The notes beneath the pieces are model-generated. The model was given only the letters and a program-made list of their open reading frames with translations. It searched no databases and was not told the origin of the DNA. A DNA stretch of 34,561 nucleotides from a virus (taxonomy: Duplodnaviria; Caudoviricetes): positions 1-34,561 of IMG/VR virus record IMGVR_UViG_3300037634_008411; one strand, 5' to 3'. Shown here in pieces: positions 10,176-19,371 of this stretch (the first letter of the stretch is position 1; every line of letters begins with the position of its first letter). The translations under genes and the position numbers were made by a program.

Positions 10176-13015
10176 TATTTTTTGCCCTCCAAGCACTTCG
10201 ACGCATCTTTGCCGGCGTAGTCAACACACTTATTCTTTGACACCTCATATAGAGTGGGCTTTTCCGATGGAAGCACCCCATTACAGCAGGCTGCATTGTC
10301 TGCGCCCTTCCAAGTTGTAATTCCGAATTCCTCGCAGTTAATTGATTTTTGAAATTTTCTTCTATCGCTTTCGAAATCAAGATCAGTTTCCAGCCAATAA
10401 AGCAGTGATCTGTGATTTACCCATTTATATTTTTGGTCCCAGCCATATGGCCATGGCTCAGATTTTTGTTTACTGAATGTGGGCCGCTTGCAAATATAGC
10501 ACCTTTCTTCCTTACTCAGCTTCTTCGCAATTGCATTTAAATCTGCTTCATCATCAGAGCCATGCATTTCATTGTACATGTTGTACATTTTGTTTTCAAG
10601 CTTTTCGCCCGGGCTGGCGCCCGGGCCGGGGACGGCCATGTCGTCGAGGCCATAAGTTGACAAGTAATCAAACTTATGCACTTTGAAGGTGTAGCCCTTG
10701 AATGAATCCCCGCAGCATGGAGAATTCAAATTCTTTTTACAGGCTGAGCCGTCTTTATCTTCTGCACAACAGTTATTCATCTTACCAGTGAACTCTTCAA
10801 TTTTTGCCGGGTCGAGCGGGCGTGCAAATCTCTCTGTAATTAAATTTTGTTCTATAATTGGTAAGTTCTTTTCAATTAGGCTTATATATTTCTGCCCGTC
10901 TTTCATATAATGTCGCCAATCTGAAAATCTAAATTCCTTTTTAAGCGCCAATGAAAAAGTTTCAACAAACGTCTCTTCGGTGCACTCATCAGCCAACGTT
11001 GCACCTTGAAATTTCGAAGCAAAATCAATATTATCATATGGCCATGCTGGAATTCCACCACCCCCTCTCCACATAACTTTATTAATAAAATCTCCATATA
11101 TTGCATCAAACTTTGCGTCTCTCGCATCTGGGTTATTCTTATTTGATGGCTCAAACATTTCCAACTGTTTTGATAACACTGGCCATAAATAATTATAAAT
11201 TGCAAAATGCATTTGAAAACTATTAGCATTTTTTATAGGAGGCGGCATTGCCATGACGGGCCCTCCGGGCACTTTAGGCATCCCGGGGCCCCAAAAAGGA
11301 GGATTGCCTAGGAACTCAAAATATTTTTTCTTTAAGAGGCCAAATTGTCCCTTTACGCCCTGTGCCATAAGGTCTGTCAAGCCAAGTCTAGAACTTATTG
11401 CATCGATTGGAACAGGTGGTAGGCCCATTGCCGGGTTCATAATACCACAGATACCATCTAAAGCGCCCAAGATCTTGTCTTTTTGTTCGTTATCCATCTC
11501 AACGCAAGGATCGACGGGACAGTCTTTGGGCTTTGCCGATTCAACAACATCAAATACATTTACATAGGTGTATAAAAATTGGAAAAACTCCAAAATTTTA
11601 TCCGCGTCGGTAAGGTTGAGATACTCTACAAACTCAGTTTCTCCCTTGGCGACAGCTAAAACATCTCCAATCACTAGACAATTTGCATTTCCCATCATCA
11701 AATAAATGATTTCGCCAGTTCCAAGCTCGCGGGTGGCGTCTTTAAGCTCAAATTCGGGCGGCTTAGAGCCGACAATCAAAGTTTTTTTCTTATAATTTCC
11801 TGTCCAGTCATTAATGTTTTTAAAAAACCCTCTTGTAATTTCAATTATTTTTTTAGAAGCTTCTTGCGTCTCGGTTGCTGTCGGTTCTCGCCACACCCCC
11901 ATTTGATACGTATAAAGCTCTACATCTTTCGGCTTGGGAGGTAAAATCTCAATCAGGGCCTTGTTAAGCCCAACGTATTTTTTGGTGCCGGCGGCTGTAA
12001 CCGTCGAGTACTCTGTTTGTGATAATTTTTTAGCGTTAATGGCAGCTAAAATAGCCTCATCAGAAATCCAATCATTTAAATTGACCTTTTCTAACTGCGA
12101 CGATGATAAAGACCCTTGAATATCCTCAGAGCCCCCCTCTGATTCAATAAGCCTATCTGTCAAATCTAACATTGCCTCAGTTAAGTTTTTTAAGAGCGGC
12201 GTTAGTGAACAACAAAGGCCCCAGCATGCCAAATCAAGAATGACTTTGTTAAGAATTTGGAACAAATTGGGAATTGCTAAACGTGGAATGGGGGGCAACT
12301 TATATATATCAAAATCTGGATAATCAAAAGGCTTTATTGTCTTAGAGCGCTTTATAACCTCTTTTATTTCAGTGCCGCAGGCACTTTCTTCTACCAATTT
12401 GTCTATTTCTTCGTTAAGTTCTATTCGACTTTTTAATGCCGATTCTATAATCATTTTTATGAAGTGGCTTAAAAGAAGTTGATATGGTATAAGAGAAAAG
12501 AATTTCTGCCAATAAGGATTAACACACCCAGCAATATCGGCTGGCTGCGACATTGCCGATAAAAATTCTAGAATAGTAGAAAAATCTACTTCTTGTTTGG
12601 CTCCATCTTCTGGGTTATCTTCATCTGGAAGAAAGGCAGCAATTAAAGTGTGCTTTTTGGCGCAAGACTTGCACTGGCCGCCCCAACTTTGATCTTCGGG
12701 GTCACCGCTTTCATCTTGAATTAATTTTTCTTGCTGGCACTTAAGATATGACTTACTATTAAGTTTGTTTGTAATCGCAATTAAATCATTGATATAATTT
12801 GTAGCCCCTTGGCCGGCAGCATAAGCAGTGGCAAGCCCCCCAGCCACTGACAGGGATACCTTAAGGACGCCGGGGCCTGTGTCAATGGTTTCATCGCCAC
12901 GAGCAACAGCCGTATCGGCGTATGCGTCCGCTGCGCGGCTTGCTTTGCCCTTTTCGGGAGCAGCCTTTAAAGTAGCTCCCCCTTTTGAATCAGGTTTTTT
13001 CGATTGTTTAGCCAT
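10175..13015 (-). CDS. Large Cys-rich hypothetical protein, probably virion-associated (946 aa)
   Basis: Long ORF between the spike-like gene and gp25; helical N-terminal half, Pro-rich linker, Cys-rich C-terminus. Function unassigned. Confidence 0.7.
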   Translation of the reverse strand: MAKQSKKPDSKGGATLKAAPEKGKASRAADAYADTAVARGDETIDTGPGVLKVSLSVAGGLATAYAAGQGATNYINDLIAITNKLNSKSYLKCQQEKLIQDESGDPEDQSWGGQCKSCAKKHTLIAAFLPDEDNPEDGAKQEVDFSTILEFLSAMSQPADIAGCVNPYWQKFFSLIPYQLLLSHFIKMIIESALKSRIELNEEIDKLVEESACGTEIKEVIKRSKTIKPFDYPDFDIYKLPPIPRLAIPNLFQILNKVILDLACWGLCCSLTPLLKNLTEAMLDLTDRLIESEGGSEDIQGSLSSSQLEKVNLNDWISDEAILAAINAKKLSQTEYSTVTAAGTKKYVGLNKALIEILPPKPKDVELYTYQMGVWREPTATETQEASKKIIEITRGFFKNINDWTGNYKKKTLIVGSKPPEFELKDATRELGTGEIIYLMMGNANCLVIGDVLAVAKGETEFVEYLNLTDADKILEFFQFLYTYVNVFDVVESAKPKDCPVDPCVEMDNEQKDKILGALDGICGIMNPAMGLPPVPIDAISSRLGLTDLMAQGVKGQFGLLKKKYFEFLGNPPFWGPGMPKVPGGPVMAMPPPIKNANSFQMHFAIYNYLWPVLSKQLEMFEPSNKNNPDARDAKFDAIYGDFINKVMWRGGGGIPAWPYDNIDFASKFQGATLADECTEETFVETFSLALKKEFRFSDWRHYMKDGQKYISLIEKNLPIIEQNLITERFARPLDPAKIEEFTGKMNNCCAEDKDGSACKKNLNSPCCGDSFKGYTFKVHKFDYLSTYGLDDMAVPGPGASPGEKLENKMYNMYNEMHGSDDEADLNAIAKKLSKEERCYICKRPTFSKQKSEPWPYGWDQKYKWVNHRSLLYWLETDLDFESDRRKFQKSINCEEFGITTWKGADNAACCNGVLPSEKPTLYEVSKNKCVDYAGKDASKCLEGKK

Positions 13016-13016
13016 T

Positions 13017-13946
13017 TTAATTCAATTTATGGTAATCGCTTTTAAAACTGCTCTTAAAAGCATCCGTTCTATTAAGCTTAGACGTAATACTATTAATAGC
13101 GTGGGCAACGTCTTCAAATACCTCTTTAATTTGTCCCGGGACGCTCATCATCGCGTTGGCGGCCAAGCTAGGAGAAGGAGATACGGGGCCCACAGCACTA
13201 ACATGCGTATGAACGCCCAACATTCCACTTATTTTCATAACTTGAGTGCCCAAATTAAAAACTCGCGAGCGCAAATCGCGAATCAGATCATGCATTTCAT
13301 CTAAATCTTTGTTTAATTTGTTTCCCAGCACCATAGGCTCTAATTTATTAGATTTATTTCCATGAATTAGCTTTACTCCCATGTTTCCCATGGTCTTGGT
13401 AGTGGGTTGTCCCGATTTTGCAACAGCCTTCCATGGGTTGGTATAAATATTAACACCACCTTGAAAAGAAACAAGCTGGACCGTTCCACCAAACAGTGTA
13501 ACGGACGGCTCTGCTTTGTTAATCTCTTGGATAAGCTGTGGCCGCGACTGAACTATTTGAGTTTTGGTGAGGTTATCCATAGGGGCGGCGACTCCTAATA
13601 CTCTTGCCGGCTGCTTTTTTCCCTCGGCATCTCTATAAAATATTAAACCCGGCGTTGTTCTTTCAGATATAACAACACCAGCAGGGGTAGAACCATAATC
13701 TATCCTTCCAATTTCATTTTGTTCAGCCCATTCCGATCCATTAGTGCCAACCAGCAAGCTTATTCTTGCGTTTTTTCCTGTATATAGAAATTTATCATCT
13801 TGCCAATCTAAACTTTCGTCTTTGTCAACGACGATAGCCGCTGAATTATTTAAACCCTTTCCGATTACGGCTCGGTAGGGCGCCTGTTTGAAGTTCCGCT
13901 GGGTATTGTCCTTATTAAATATTTTATTAGGATTATTCTTTTTCAT
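13017..13946 (-). CDS. Putative baseplate central spike (gp5/gpV-like C-terminal part)
   Basis: 309 aa. Beta-strand-rich middle, EPMVLGNKL, coiled segment, then GVHTHVSAVGP; HxH is the iron-binding motif of phage spike tips. Position upstream of gp25 fits. Confidence 0.55.
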   Translation of the reverse strand: MKKNNPNKIFNKDNTQRNFKQAPYRAVIGKGLNNSAAIVVDKDESLDWQDDKFLYTGKNARISLLVGTNGSEWAEQNEIGRIDYGSTPAGVVISERTTPGLIFYRDAEGKKQPARVLGVAAPMDNLTKTQIVQSRPQLIQEINKAEPSVTLFGGTVQLVSFQGGVNIYTNPWKAVAKSGQPTTKTMGNMGVKLIHGNKSNKLEPMVLGNKLNKDLDEMHDLIRDLRSRVFNLGTQVMKISGMLGVHTHVSAVGPVSPSPSLAANAMMSVPGQIKEVFEDVAHAINSITSKLNRTDAFKSSFKSDYHKLN

Positions 13947-13952
13947 GGGCAG

Positions 13953-14498
13953 CTATGTTGGGACATCATCACCGTGCGCATCTTTGGCGCTGGGCACCTT
14001 CTCCGGTGCGGCGGATGGTGATGGCTGGTTGTCAACCGTCCCCTCGGTGACAAAACTCGGGCCGTGGAGTGCGCCTTTGTTTGCAAAAATAATTGTTTTA
14101 GCATCACCCTCCTTAACGGCCGATGACCAAGCAGACGTACTATAAGGGACTCTCAACAAAAAAGAAAGCCCAAATGCTTCAGTGGTTTTCATTTCCACTA
14201 TTTGATCAAACACTGGCAATGTTTGAGCAAAAACAATACCCCGGGTGCTCACTTTGTCATCTATAAAGCCGTAATTTAAAAATCTTTCTTTATCGTCTGT
14301 ACTTGACCAGAATGGATCAAAAGCCGCTACTTTAAAAGATGTGGGGTCAATCCCTTTTACCACCTTTATAGCCTTCGAAGGAAATTTACCCTTGCGTTCA
14401 ATATTTTTGCCGTCCATAAGCTGCTGTATCTGAAATTGAAACAGTTGTTCTAAGCTTGTATGGGGGCCAATTTTAACCTGTGGTGCTTGATTGACCAT
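13953..14498 (-). CDS. Hypothetical protein, possibly baseplate hub/spike N-terminal partner
   Basis: 181 aa ORF tightly coupled between neighbours; no recognisable motif. Confidence 0.55.
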   Translation of the reverse strand: MVNQAPQVKIGPHTSLEQLFQFQIQQLMDGKNIERKGKFPSKAIKVVKGIDPTSFKVAAFDPFWSSTDDKERFLNYGFIDDKVSTRGIVFAQTLPVFDQIVEMKTTEAFGLSFLLRVPYSTSAWSSAVKEGDAKTIIFANKGALHGPSFVTEGTVDNQPSPSAAPEKVPSAKDAHGDDVPT

Positions 14499-14785
14499 TA
14501 TTGTTTTTCCGCTTGAATAAGTTCAAAAATATTGTTGGTTTCCTCGTCGCTCAGAGTGTTATTTTCGCTCTTTTGTTCCCTTTGCAATAAAGTTACCAAC
14601 TTAACCAATTGTTCGTTTGATCGTTGGAGGGTTTCTACATATTTTGCGGCCGAGCCGCCAGACTGCCCATGAGACGTTTTACCGTTTTGGATTTCCTGAC
14701 GTAGCTCATTCAACAACTGTAAAGCCAAATCCCTGTCCTCTTTAATATTTTTAATACTTTCTTTAAGTAATTTTATTTTGTTCAT
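14498..14785 (-). CDS. Coiled-coil phage hypothetical protein
   Basis: 95 aa helical protein with KYVETLQRSNEQLVKL; TAATG coupling to the next gene. Confidence 0.65.
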   Translation of the reverse strand: MNKIKLLKESIKNIKEDRDLALQLLNELRQEIQNGKTSHGQSGGSAAKYVETLQRSNEQLVKLVTLLQREQKSENNTLSDEETNNIFELIQAEKQ

Positions 14786-14808
14786 GTCTTAATTAGACAT
14801 CTATAAAA

Positions 14809-15510
14809 TTAATATTCACCAGCATTCCACTTGCCTTTAAAAACTTTATATTTATCACGATACTTTTTTAAGCTTGTCGCTATCTGTTTCGTAGTTAAGC
14901 CTGTTATTTCGCGCAAATATAGGTAAATTGCTTTTTTATTTAAGATTTCTAAGTCATCTGGCTTGGCCAGTAGAGCCTTGACGGCCAAAAGAACTCGGGT
15001 GTCATTAGAATTTGCGTTTCTTGTCATTTCCTTTTCTAGCCACTCATCTAAATTGCCCAATAATAATGCCCAAAATTCTTGATCTTCTCGGTTTTTATCA
15101 TATACTGGTGCGGTTGCGCAAAATTCTTGTTCAATTTCGCCGTAAATTTCATTTATGTCTATTGTTCTTTTACGGGCTTTTGCGTTTTGTTTAGTTTTTT
15201 GGATAAACCAGTTTTTAGTTATAACACTAAAATAAGAAAAAGCTTTTGAGCCCCTATCTGGATTATATTTTTCTAAAATCGTGGTAAGCCAAATCTTGCA
15301 TTCGTCGCGGAGGCATTCAACATTGGGCAGTTTCGTAAAATTATAAGTAAAAGTTATTTTATCCACCATTTCACTGAACGCAGGCCCAATATATTCTTTA
15401 TAGAGAATGGTTTTTTCTCTCATGTCGCCGGTCTTTACATACTTAATAATCGCCTGCTCGTGGACTTTTGTAAAATAATAATTCTTATTTCTCTTCTTCT
15501 TTTTCTTCAT
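14809..15510 (-). CDS. Putative phage RNA polymerase sigma-like factor
   Basis: 233 aa. Region-2-like LEKYNPDRGSKAFSYFSVITKNWFIQ and C-terminal HTH-like YLYLREITGLTTKQIATSLKK. Confidence 0.6.
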   Translation of the reverse strand: MKKKKKRNKNYYFTKVHEQAIIKYVKTGDMREKTILYKEYIGPAFSEMVDKITFTYNFTKLPNVECLRDECKIWLTTILEKYNPDRGSKAFSYFSVITKNWFIQKTKQNAKARKRTIDINEIYGEIEQEFCATAPVYDKNREDQEFWALLLGNLDEWLEKEMTRNANSNDTRVLLAVKALLAKPDDLEILNKKAIYLYLREITGLTTKQIATSLKKYRDKYKVFKGKWNAGEY

Positions 15511-15784
15511 GTGCTGTTAGATCCAATTCATTAAAGAAATCTTCGATATCGTTTATGGCATCTTTGCTATGGTCTAATAAATTCATAACCACTGGTTCGT
15601 TACTATAAGCCTCTAGAGAATTAAATTCCTCCAAATGTTTATAAAACCCCTCCAATGTTAGCAATAACATTTCTATATTGTCATTAAAATATAAAACTTT
15701 TTTTAAAAGCTTATTAAAAAAATAAGCCATTCCTATAGTCATCCCTAATGATAATAGAGCTATTACGCCAAAAATAAATTCCAT
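15485..15784 (-). CDS. Small membrane-anchored protein
   Basis: 99 aa. N-terminal hydrophobic helix FIFGVIALLSLGMTIGMAYFF followed by an acidic helical domain. Confidence 0.65.
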   Translation of the reverse strand: MEFIFGVIALLSLGMTIGMAYFFNKLLKKVLYFNDNIEMLLLTLEGFYKHLEEFNSLEAYSNEPVVMNLLDHSKDAINDIEDFFNELDLTAHEEKEEEK

Positions 15785-16050
15785 TAGCTTTTGCCTCCTT
15801 CTAAAATTTCCTTTGCGGTACGTTGCATATCTTTTAAAATTTTTCGGTTTTCTTCAATATATTCGTTTGTTATGGTGCCAATTTCTTTTTCTGCTTCTTC
15901 AATTTCTTTTTTTAAAAAAATGTTAGAAGGAATTTTAACCACAGACAAAGAACTACAAAAAGAACACACAATGGCGCTCTCATCTTTCATAGAGCGCCAA
16001 AGCTTCCATTCTTCCAAACAGTCTGCGCACCTATAAACGTATTTAGGCAC
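15784..16050 (-). CDS. FmdB-like zinc-ribbon protein
   Basis: Preferred GTG start at 16050 gives MPKYVYRCADC...CSFCSS..VVK, the classic MP.Y.Y.CxxC...CxxC pattern. Confidence 0.8.
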   Translation of the reverse strand: MPKYVYRCADCLEEWKLWRSMKDESAIVCSFCSSLSVVKIPSNIFLKKEIEEAEKEIGTITNEYIEENRKILKDMQRTAKEILEGGKS

Positions 16051-16246
16051 CCGCTTCTTCTTCCACCTTCTCAACATTGAATTTAACAATGGGTGGATTC
16101 AAAACAAAAAGCTCATGCTCTTCGTTGGACTTAAGCTTAAATCCCTTGAGTACCGGCGTAATGTCACTCTCTTCCAACAAAGATCTTTGAAGCGCCATCA
16201 TAACAGCCCCAAGGGCCTGATCGGATAATTTCATTTCTTTAGCCAT
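16043..16246 (-). CDS. Small hypothetical protein
   Basis: 67 aa with a strong SD (AAGGAG) upstream; overlaps the next gene. Confidence 0.7.
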   Translation of the reverse strand: MAKEMKLSDQALGAVMMALQRSLLEESDITPVLKGFKLKSNEEHELFVLNPPIVKFNVEKVEEEAGA

Positions 16247-16392
16247 TTTTTTTCTCCTTTAATATTTTATCTATTCTCTTAGCAATCAGGTCTGTTAAAA
16301 CTTTTTTTGCCTGTGGTGACCAAAAAATTAGTATTTTTGGGGAATTTATTCACAACATCAAATATTTCTTTTTTCAATTCCTCTTCTGTCAT
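16239..16392 (-). pseudogene. Small ORF apparently frameshifted in a homopolymer run
   Basis: ATG at 16392 overlaps the upstream stop (ATGA) and reads 37 aa to a stop at 16279. Removing one base from the T6 or A7 run gives a 50 aa ORF ending at 16239 that overlaps the next start. Confidence 0.45.
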
Positions 16393-17294
16393 GTTGACAC
16401 ACGACTCTTGCGAATTTTATTTACTAGTTCGATCGAGGGCCTCGCCTCTTCCAGCCCAAAACCATTTCCTTTCAAAATTTCTTTATAGCTTTTAGTGTGT
16501 AATTCTGTAAACCCTGAACTAAATTCTATTTTTTTCTTATTAACAGTCATAACTCTATGCGTTCTTTTTCCACTTTGCTTGGCATCTTCTGGCAACTTAT
16601 TATAATCACAACTTAAAAGCCACTCAACGTTAGCCTTTTGTAATTTGAGGAGGCCACTAACAGTCTTTTTATTTTTTGTATAAATTATATTTTCTTTTAT
16701 ATCGCCAAATATCCACATAAGCATATCAAAAAAATGAATTCCAATGTTTGTAACGAGGCCGCCTGACTTGCTTTCATCGCCCTTCCACGAATAATGATAC
16801 CACAAGCCGCGAGAGGTAATATATTTTAAATCAAAATCATATACCTTGTCTGATGGCCCTTCCTTAACCTGTTGCCGAATCTGTTTTATAGAGTCGTGGA
16901 GGCGTAATTGTAATATATTGTTGATTTTTTGGCCACTTTCTTCCTCCAACAGCTTTAAGTAGTTCAAATTTTTAGGATTAATGACCAACGGCTTCTCGCA
17001 GATCACATCACAGTCGTTCCTCAGACCCAAACGAACGTGGGAATCGTGTAAATAGTTGGGAGAGCACACACTTAAGTAGTCTAAACCCTCTCCCCTGTGG
17101 CGAAGTTTGTCAATATGCCTGTCAAAACGTTCCACTTCCGTAAAAAAGGGCGCATTTGGGAAATATGAGTCCATAATCCCCACCGAATCGGAAGGATCAA
17201 AGGCTGCTTTTAAATTATTGCCCGTATCTTTAATAGCTTTCATGTGTCGGGGGGCAATATAGCCTGCTGCACCGATTAAACCAAAATTTTTCAC
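16389..17294 (-). CDS. wbpB: UDP-GlcNAcA 3-dehydrogenase (Gfo/Idh/MocA; WbpB/WlbA-like)
   Basis: MKNFGLIGAAGYIAPRHMKAIKDTGN closely matches the recalled P. aeruginosa WbpB N-terminus; also CSPNYLH, CEKPLV, SWKGD..KSGG..TNIGIHFFD. Confidence 0.9.
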   Translation of the reverse strand: MKNFGLIGAAGYIAPRHMKAIKDTGNNLKAAFDPSDSVGIMDSYFPNAPFFTEVERFDRHIDKLRHRGEGLDYLSVCSPNYLHDSHVRLGLRNDCDVICEKPLVINPKNLNYLKLLEEESGQKINNILQLRLHDSIKQIRQQVKEGPSDKVYDFDLKYITSRGLWYHYSWKGDESKSGGLVTNIGIHFFDMLMWIFGDIKENIIYTKNKKTVSGLLKLQKANVEWLLSCDYNKLPEDAKQSGKRTHRVMTVNKKKIEFSSGFTELHTKSYKEILKGNGFGLEEARPSIELVNKIRKSRVST

Positions 17295-18386
17295 TCAAAC
17301 TCCATAAAAAGTGCGTATTTTTGTTACGACATCTGTTCTTTCGGCGACGCGCAGGCCCGGGTATATAGGTATTGATATAACTTCATTACAAATCTTCTCT
17401 GCATTCGGCAATTTAACGCCTTCTTCAAATATTTTTTGTCGATGAAGCGGAATCGGGTAATAAATTGCACTTCCAATCTTACACAAATCCAAATAATTTT
17501 TTAATTGGTCTCTTTTGGAGGTGCGTAATGTGAATTGGTTCCAACTATGACCGTCGCAGGCCATCGGAAGCGTCAAATTTTCAATATTTTGTAAGTTTTC
17601 TAAGTAATATTGAGCATTTTGCCTTCTTTTTTCTATCCATTTGTCCAATTCTGGCAAAAGTACGCTCAAAAATGCCGCTTGGATGGTGTCTAGCCTAAAA
17701 TTTCCACCTAAAAGCTCATGTTTATACTTAATTTTTGAACCATGGGCCCGGATCATCCGAATTTTTTGTGCCAAAGCGTCATTATCGGTTACAACAGCAC
17801 CCCCGTCACCAAAACAGCCCAAGTTTTTGGCTGGAAAGAAGCTAAAAGTGCCCACATCGCCATAAGTTCCGACTAATTTGTCGTCTTTAAAGCGAGATCC
17901 CATCGATTGGGCGCAGTCTTCAACCAAAAAAGCCCCCCTTTTATCACACAGGCTCTTGATTTCGGTCAGATCTCCGGGCTCACCGAACAAATGAACAAAC
18001 AAAACGCCCTTAGTCCTGTCTGTCCATGCGGCTTCATACTCTTTTATGGAGGGGTGAAAGGAATTTTCAGCCAAATCAACGAAGACTGGCTTGAGACCCG
18101 CTCTCACAATCGATGTTGCGGACGCAACAAAGGTGAAGGGCGTAACCAATACCTCATCACCCTCCTCCAAATTGAGTGCCATGAGCGCTGTTAGCAGCGC
18201 ATCGGTGCCACTTGAGACGCCCACTGCGTTACTAACGCCTAAATAGTGTGTTAATTGTTCTTCAAATAATCTAACTGGGGGGCCATTGATGAATTTAGCC
18301 TCCTTAAAACACTCGGCGAAGGCTGTCGCCAACTCATTTTTGTGTTTTTGAAGCAAGCGTTTTAAATCAAATAATGGAATCATCAA
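17295..18386 (-). CDS. DegT/DnrJ/EryC1/StrS PLP aminotransferase (WbpE/WlbC-like)
   Basis: SSGTDAL, TPFTFVASA, EDCAQS, FSFFPAKNLGCFGDGG, GGNFRLDTIQAA motifs; adjacent to wbpB. Confidence 0.92.
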   Translation of the reverse strand: MMIPLFDLKRLLQKHKNELATAFAECFKEAKFINGPPVRLFEEQLTHYLGVSNAVGVSSGTDALLTALMALNLEEGDEVLVTPFTFVASATSIVRAGLKPVFVDLAENSFHPSIKEYEAAWTDRTKGVLFVHLFGEPGDLTEIKSLCDKRGAFLVEDCAQSMGSRFKDDKLVGTYGDVGTFSFFPAKNLGCFGDGGAVVTDNDALAQKIRMIRAHGSKIKYKHELLGGNFRLDTIQAAFLSVLLPELDKWIEKRRQNAQYYLENLQNIENLTLPMACDGHSWNQFTLRTSKRDQLKNYLDLCKIGSAIYYPIPLHRQKIFEEGVKLPNAEKICNEVISIPIYPGLRVAERTDVVTKIRTFYGV

Positions 18387-19371
18387 GATATCTCTTAATC
18401 GTATTGTATATTATATAAGATGGATTTTTAACACCTAGGTAAAACCTCTTTTCTCTCGGTTTGGGGGAATCCAAAAGCCAATTGATATCTTCGGTTGTCA
18501 ATTGGCTTCTTTTTGCATGCCCGCGGGCTTCTGTGGCGGTCCATTCTATTTTTTCTCTTAATACTAAGGCCTTTTTTCCAAAAAAAGGAGCCGTTTTGTT
18601 GATACCGCCCGAGTCAGTGATAATAAATTTACACTCGGCCAAGTTTTTAACCATCTCAGAATAAGCGCATGACTCATAAATCTGAATGTTTGTTGGAATT
18701 TCTAGCTTCTTAAGGGTGGGAAGTGTCCGATGATGAACAAAAAATTTAATATCAATAGGTATTCGTGCACAGAAGTCTATTATGTTACTCAACCGCTCCA
18801 AATTAATATTCGATTGCCTATGGATAGTCATGACACCGTAATCCTGAAATTTTATGCTTGGATTAATGTTATTCAGGAGTTCATATTCTAAATCACCACA
18901 AAAAACATTGTTGTTATGCTCCACCACCTTGTTCGAAGAACAAAATCTTATGCGTGAAACGCTGTCCGCAAAAATTCTATTTACTTCCTCGGGGACGTGA
19001 ATATCTCCACACCTCAAACCAGCCTCAACATGGGCAAATGGTATTCCCATTTTATAACAAACCATAGAAGCCGCCAAGGTTGAGTTTGTATCTCCATAAA
19101 CTAAAACAAAATCTGGAGGGCGGCCTTTGAAAATTTCTTCTAATTGTAAAAGGCTATCGGCCAAAAAAGCTATTTCGCCACTATTTTTTACCTTTAACGA
19201 AAAATCAATTTTCAATTTTAAGTCTTCTATGAGTGCGCCGGAAACATTGTGCGAATAATGTTGGAGTGTATCTACTATTTTGTGGGGAATTCTATTTTTT
19301 AAGCAGAAATCATAAAAAGGCTTAATCTTTATATATTGGGGCCTTGTGCCTATAACGCTTAAAAGTTTCAT
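18367..19371 (-). CDS. UDP-N-acetylhexosamine 2-epimerase (WecB/WbpI/WlbD-like)
   Basis: GTRPQYIK, VYGDTNSTLA, HVEAGLR, PEEVNR, ITDSGG motifs. Confidence 0.9.
   Translation of the reverse strand: MKLLSVIGTRPQYIKIKPFYDFCLKNRIPHKIVDTLQHYSHNVSGALIEDLKLKIDFSLKVKNSGEIAFLADSLLQLEEIFKGRPPDFVLVYGDTNSTLAASMVCYKMGIPFAHVEAGLRCGDIHVPEEVNRIFADSVSRIRFCSSNKVVEHNNNVFCGDLEYELLNNINPSIKFQDYGVMTIHRQSNINLERLSNIIDFCARIPIDIKFFVHHRTLPTLKKLEIPTNIQIYESCAYSEMVKNLAECKFIITDSGGINKTAPFFGKKALVLREKIEWTATEARGHAKRSQLTTEDINWLLDSPKPREKRFYLGVKNPSYIIYNTIKRYLDDSII

Noticed and set aside
14498-15784. Terminase small subunit (95 aa) or holin/spanin (99 aa) assignments
   Set aside because: Based only on size and secondary-structure resemblance; no supporting motif or neighbouring large terminase or endolysin.
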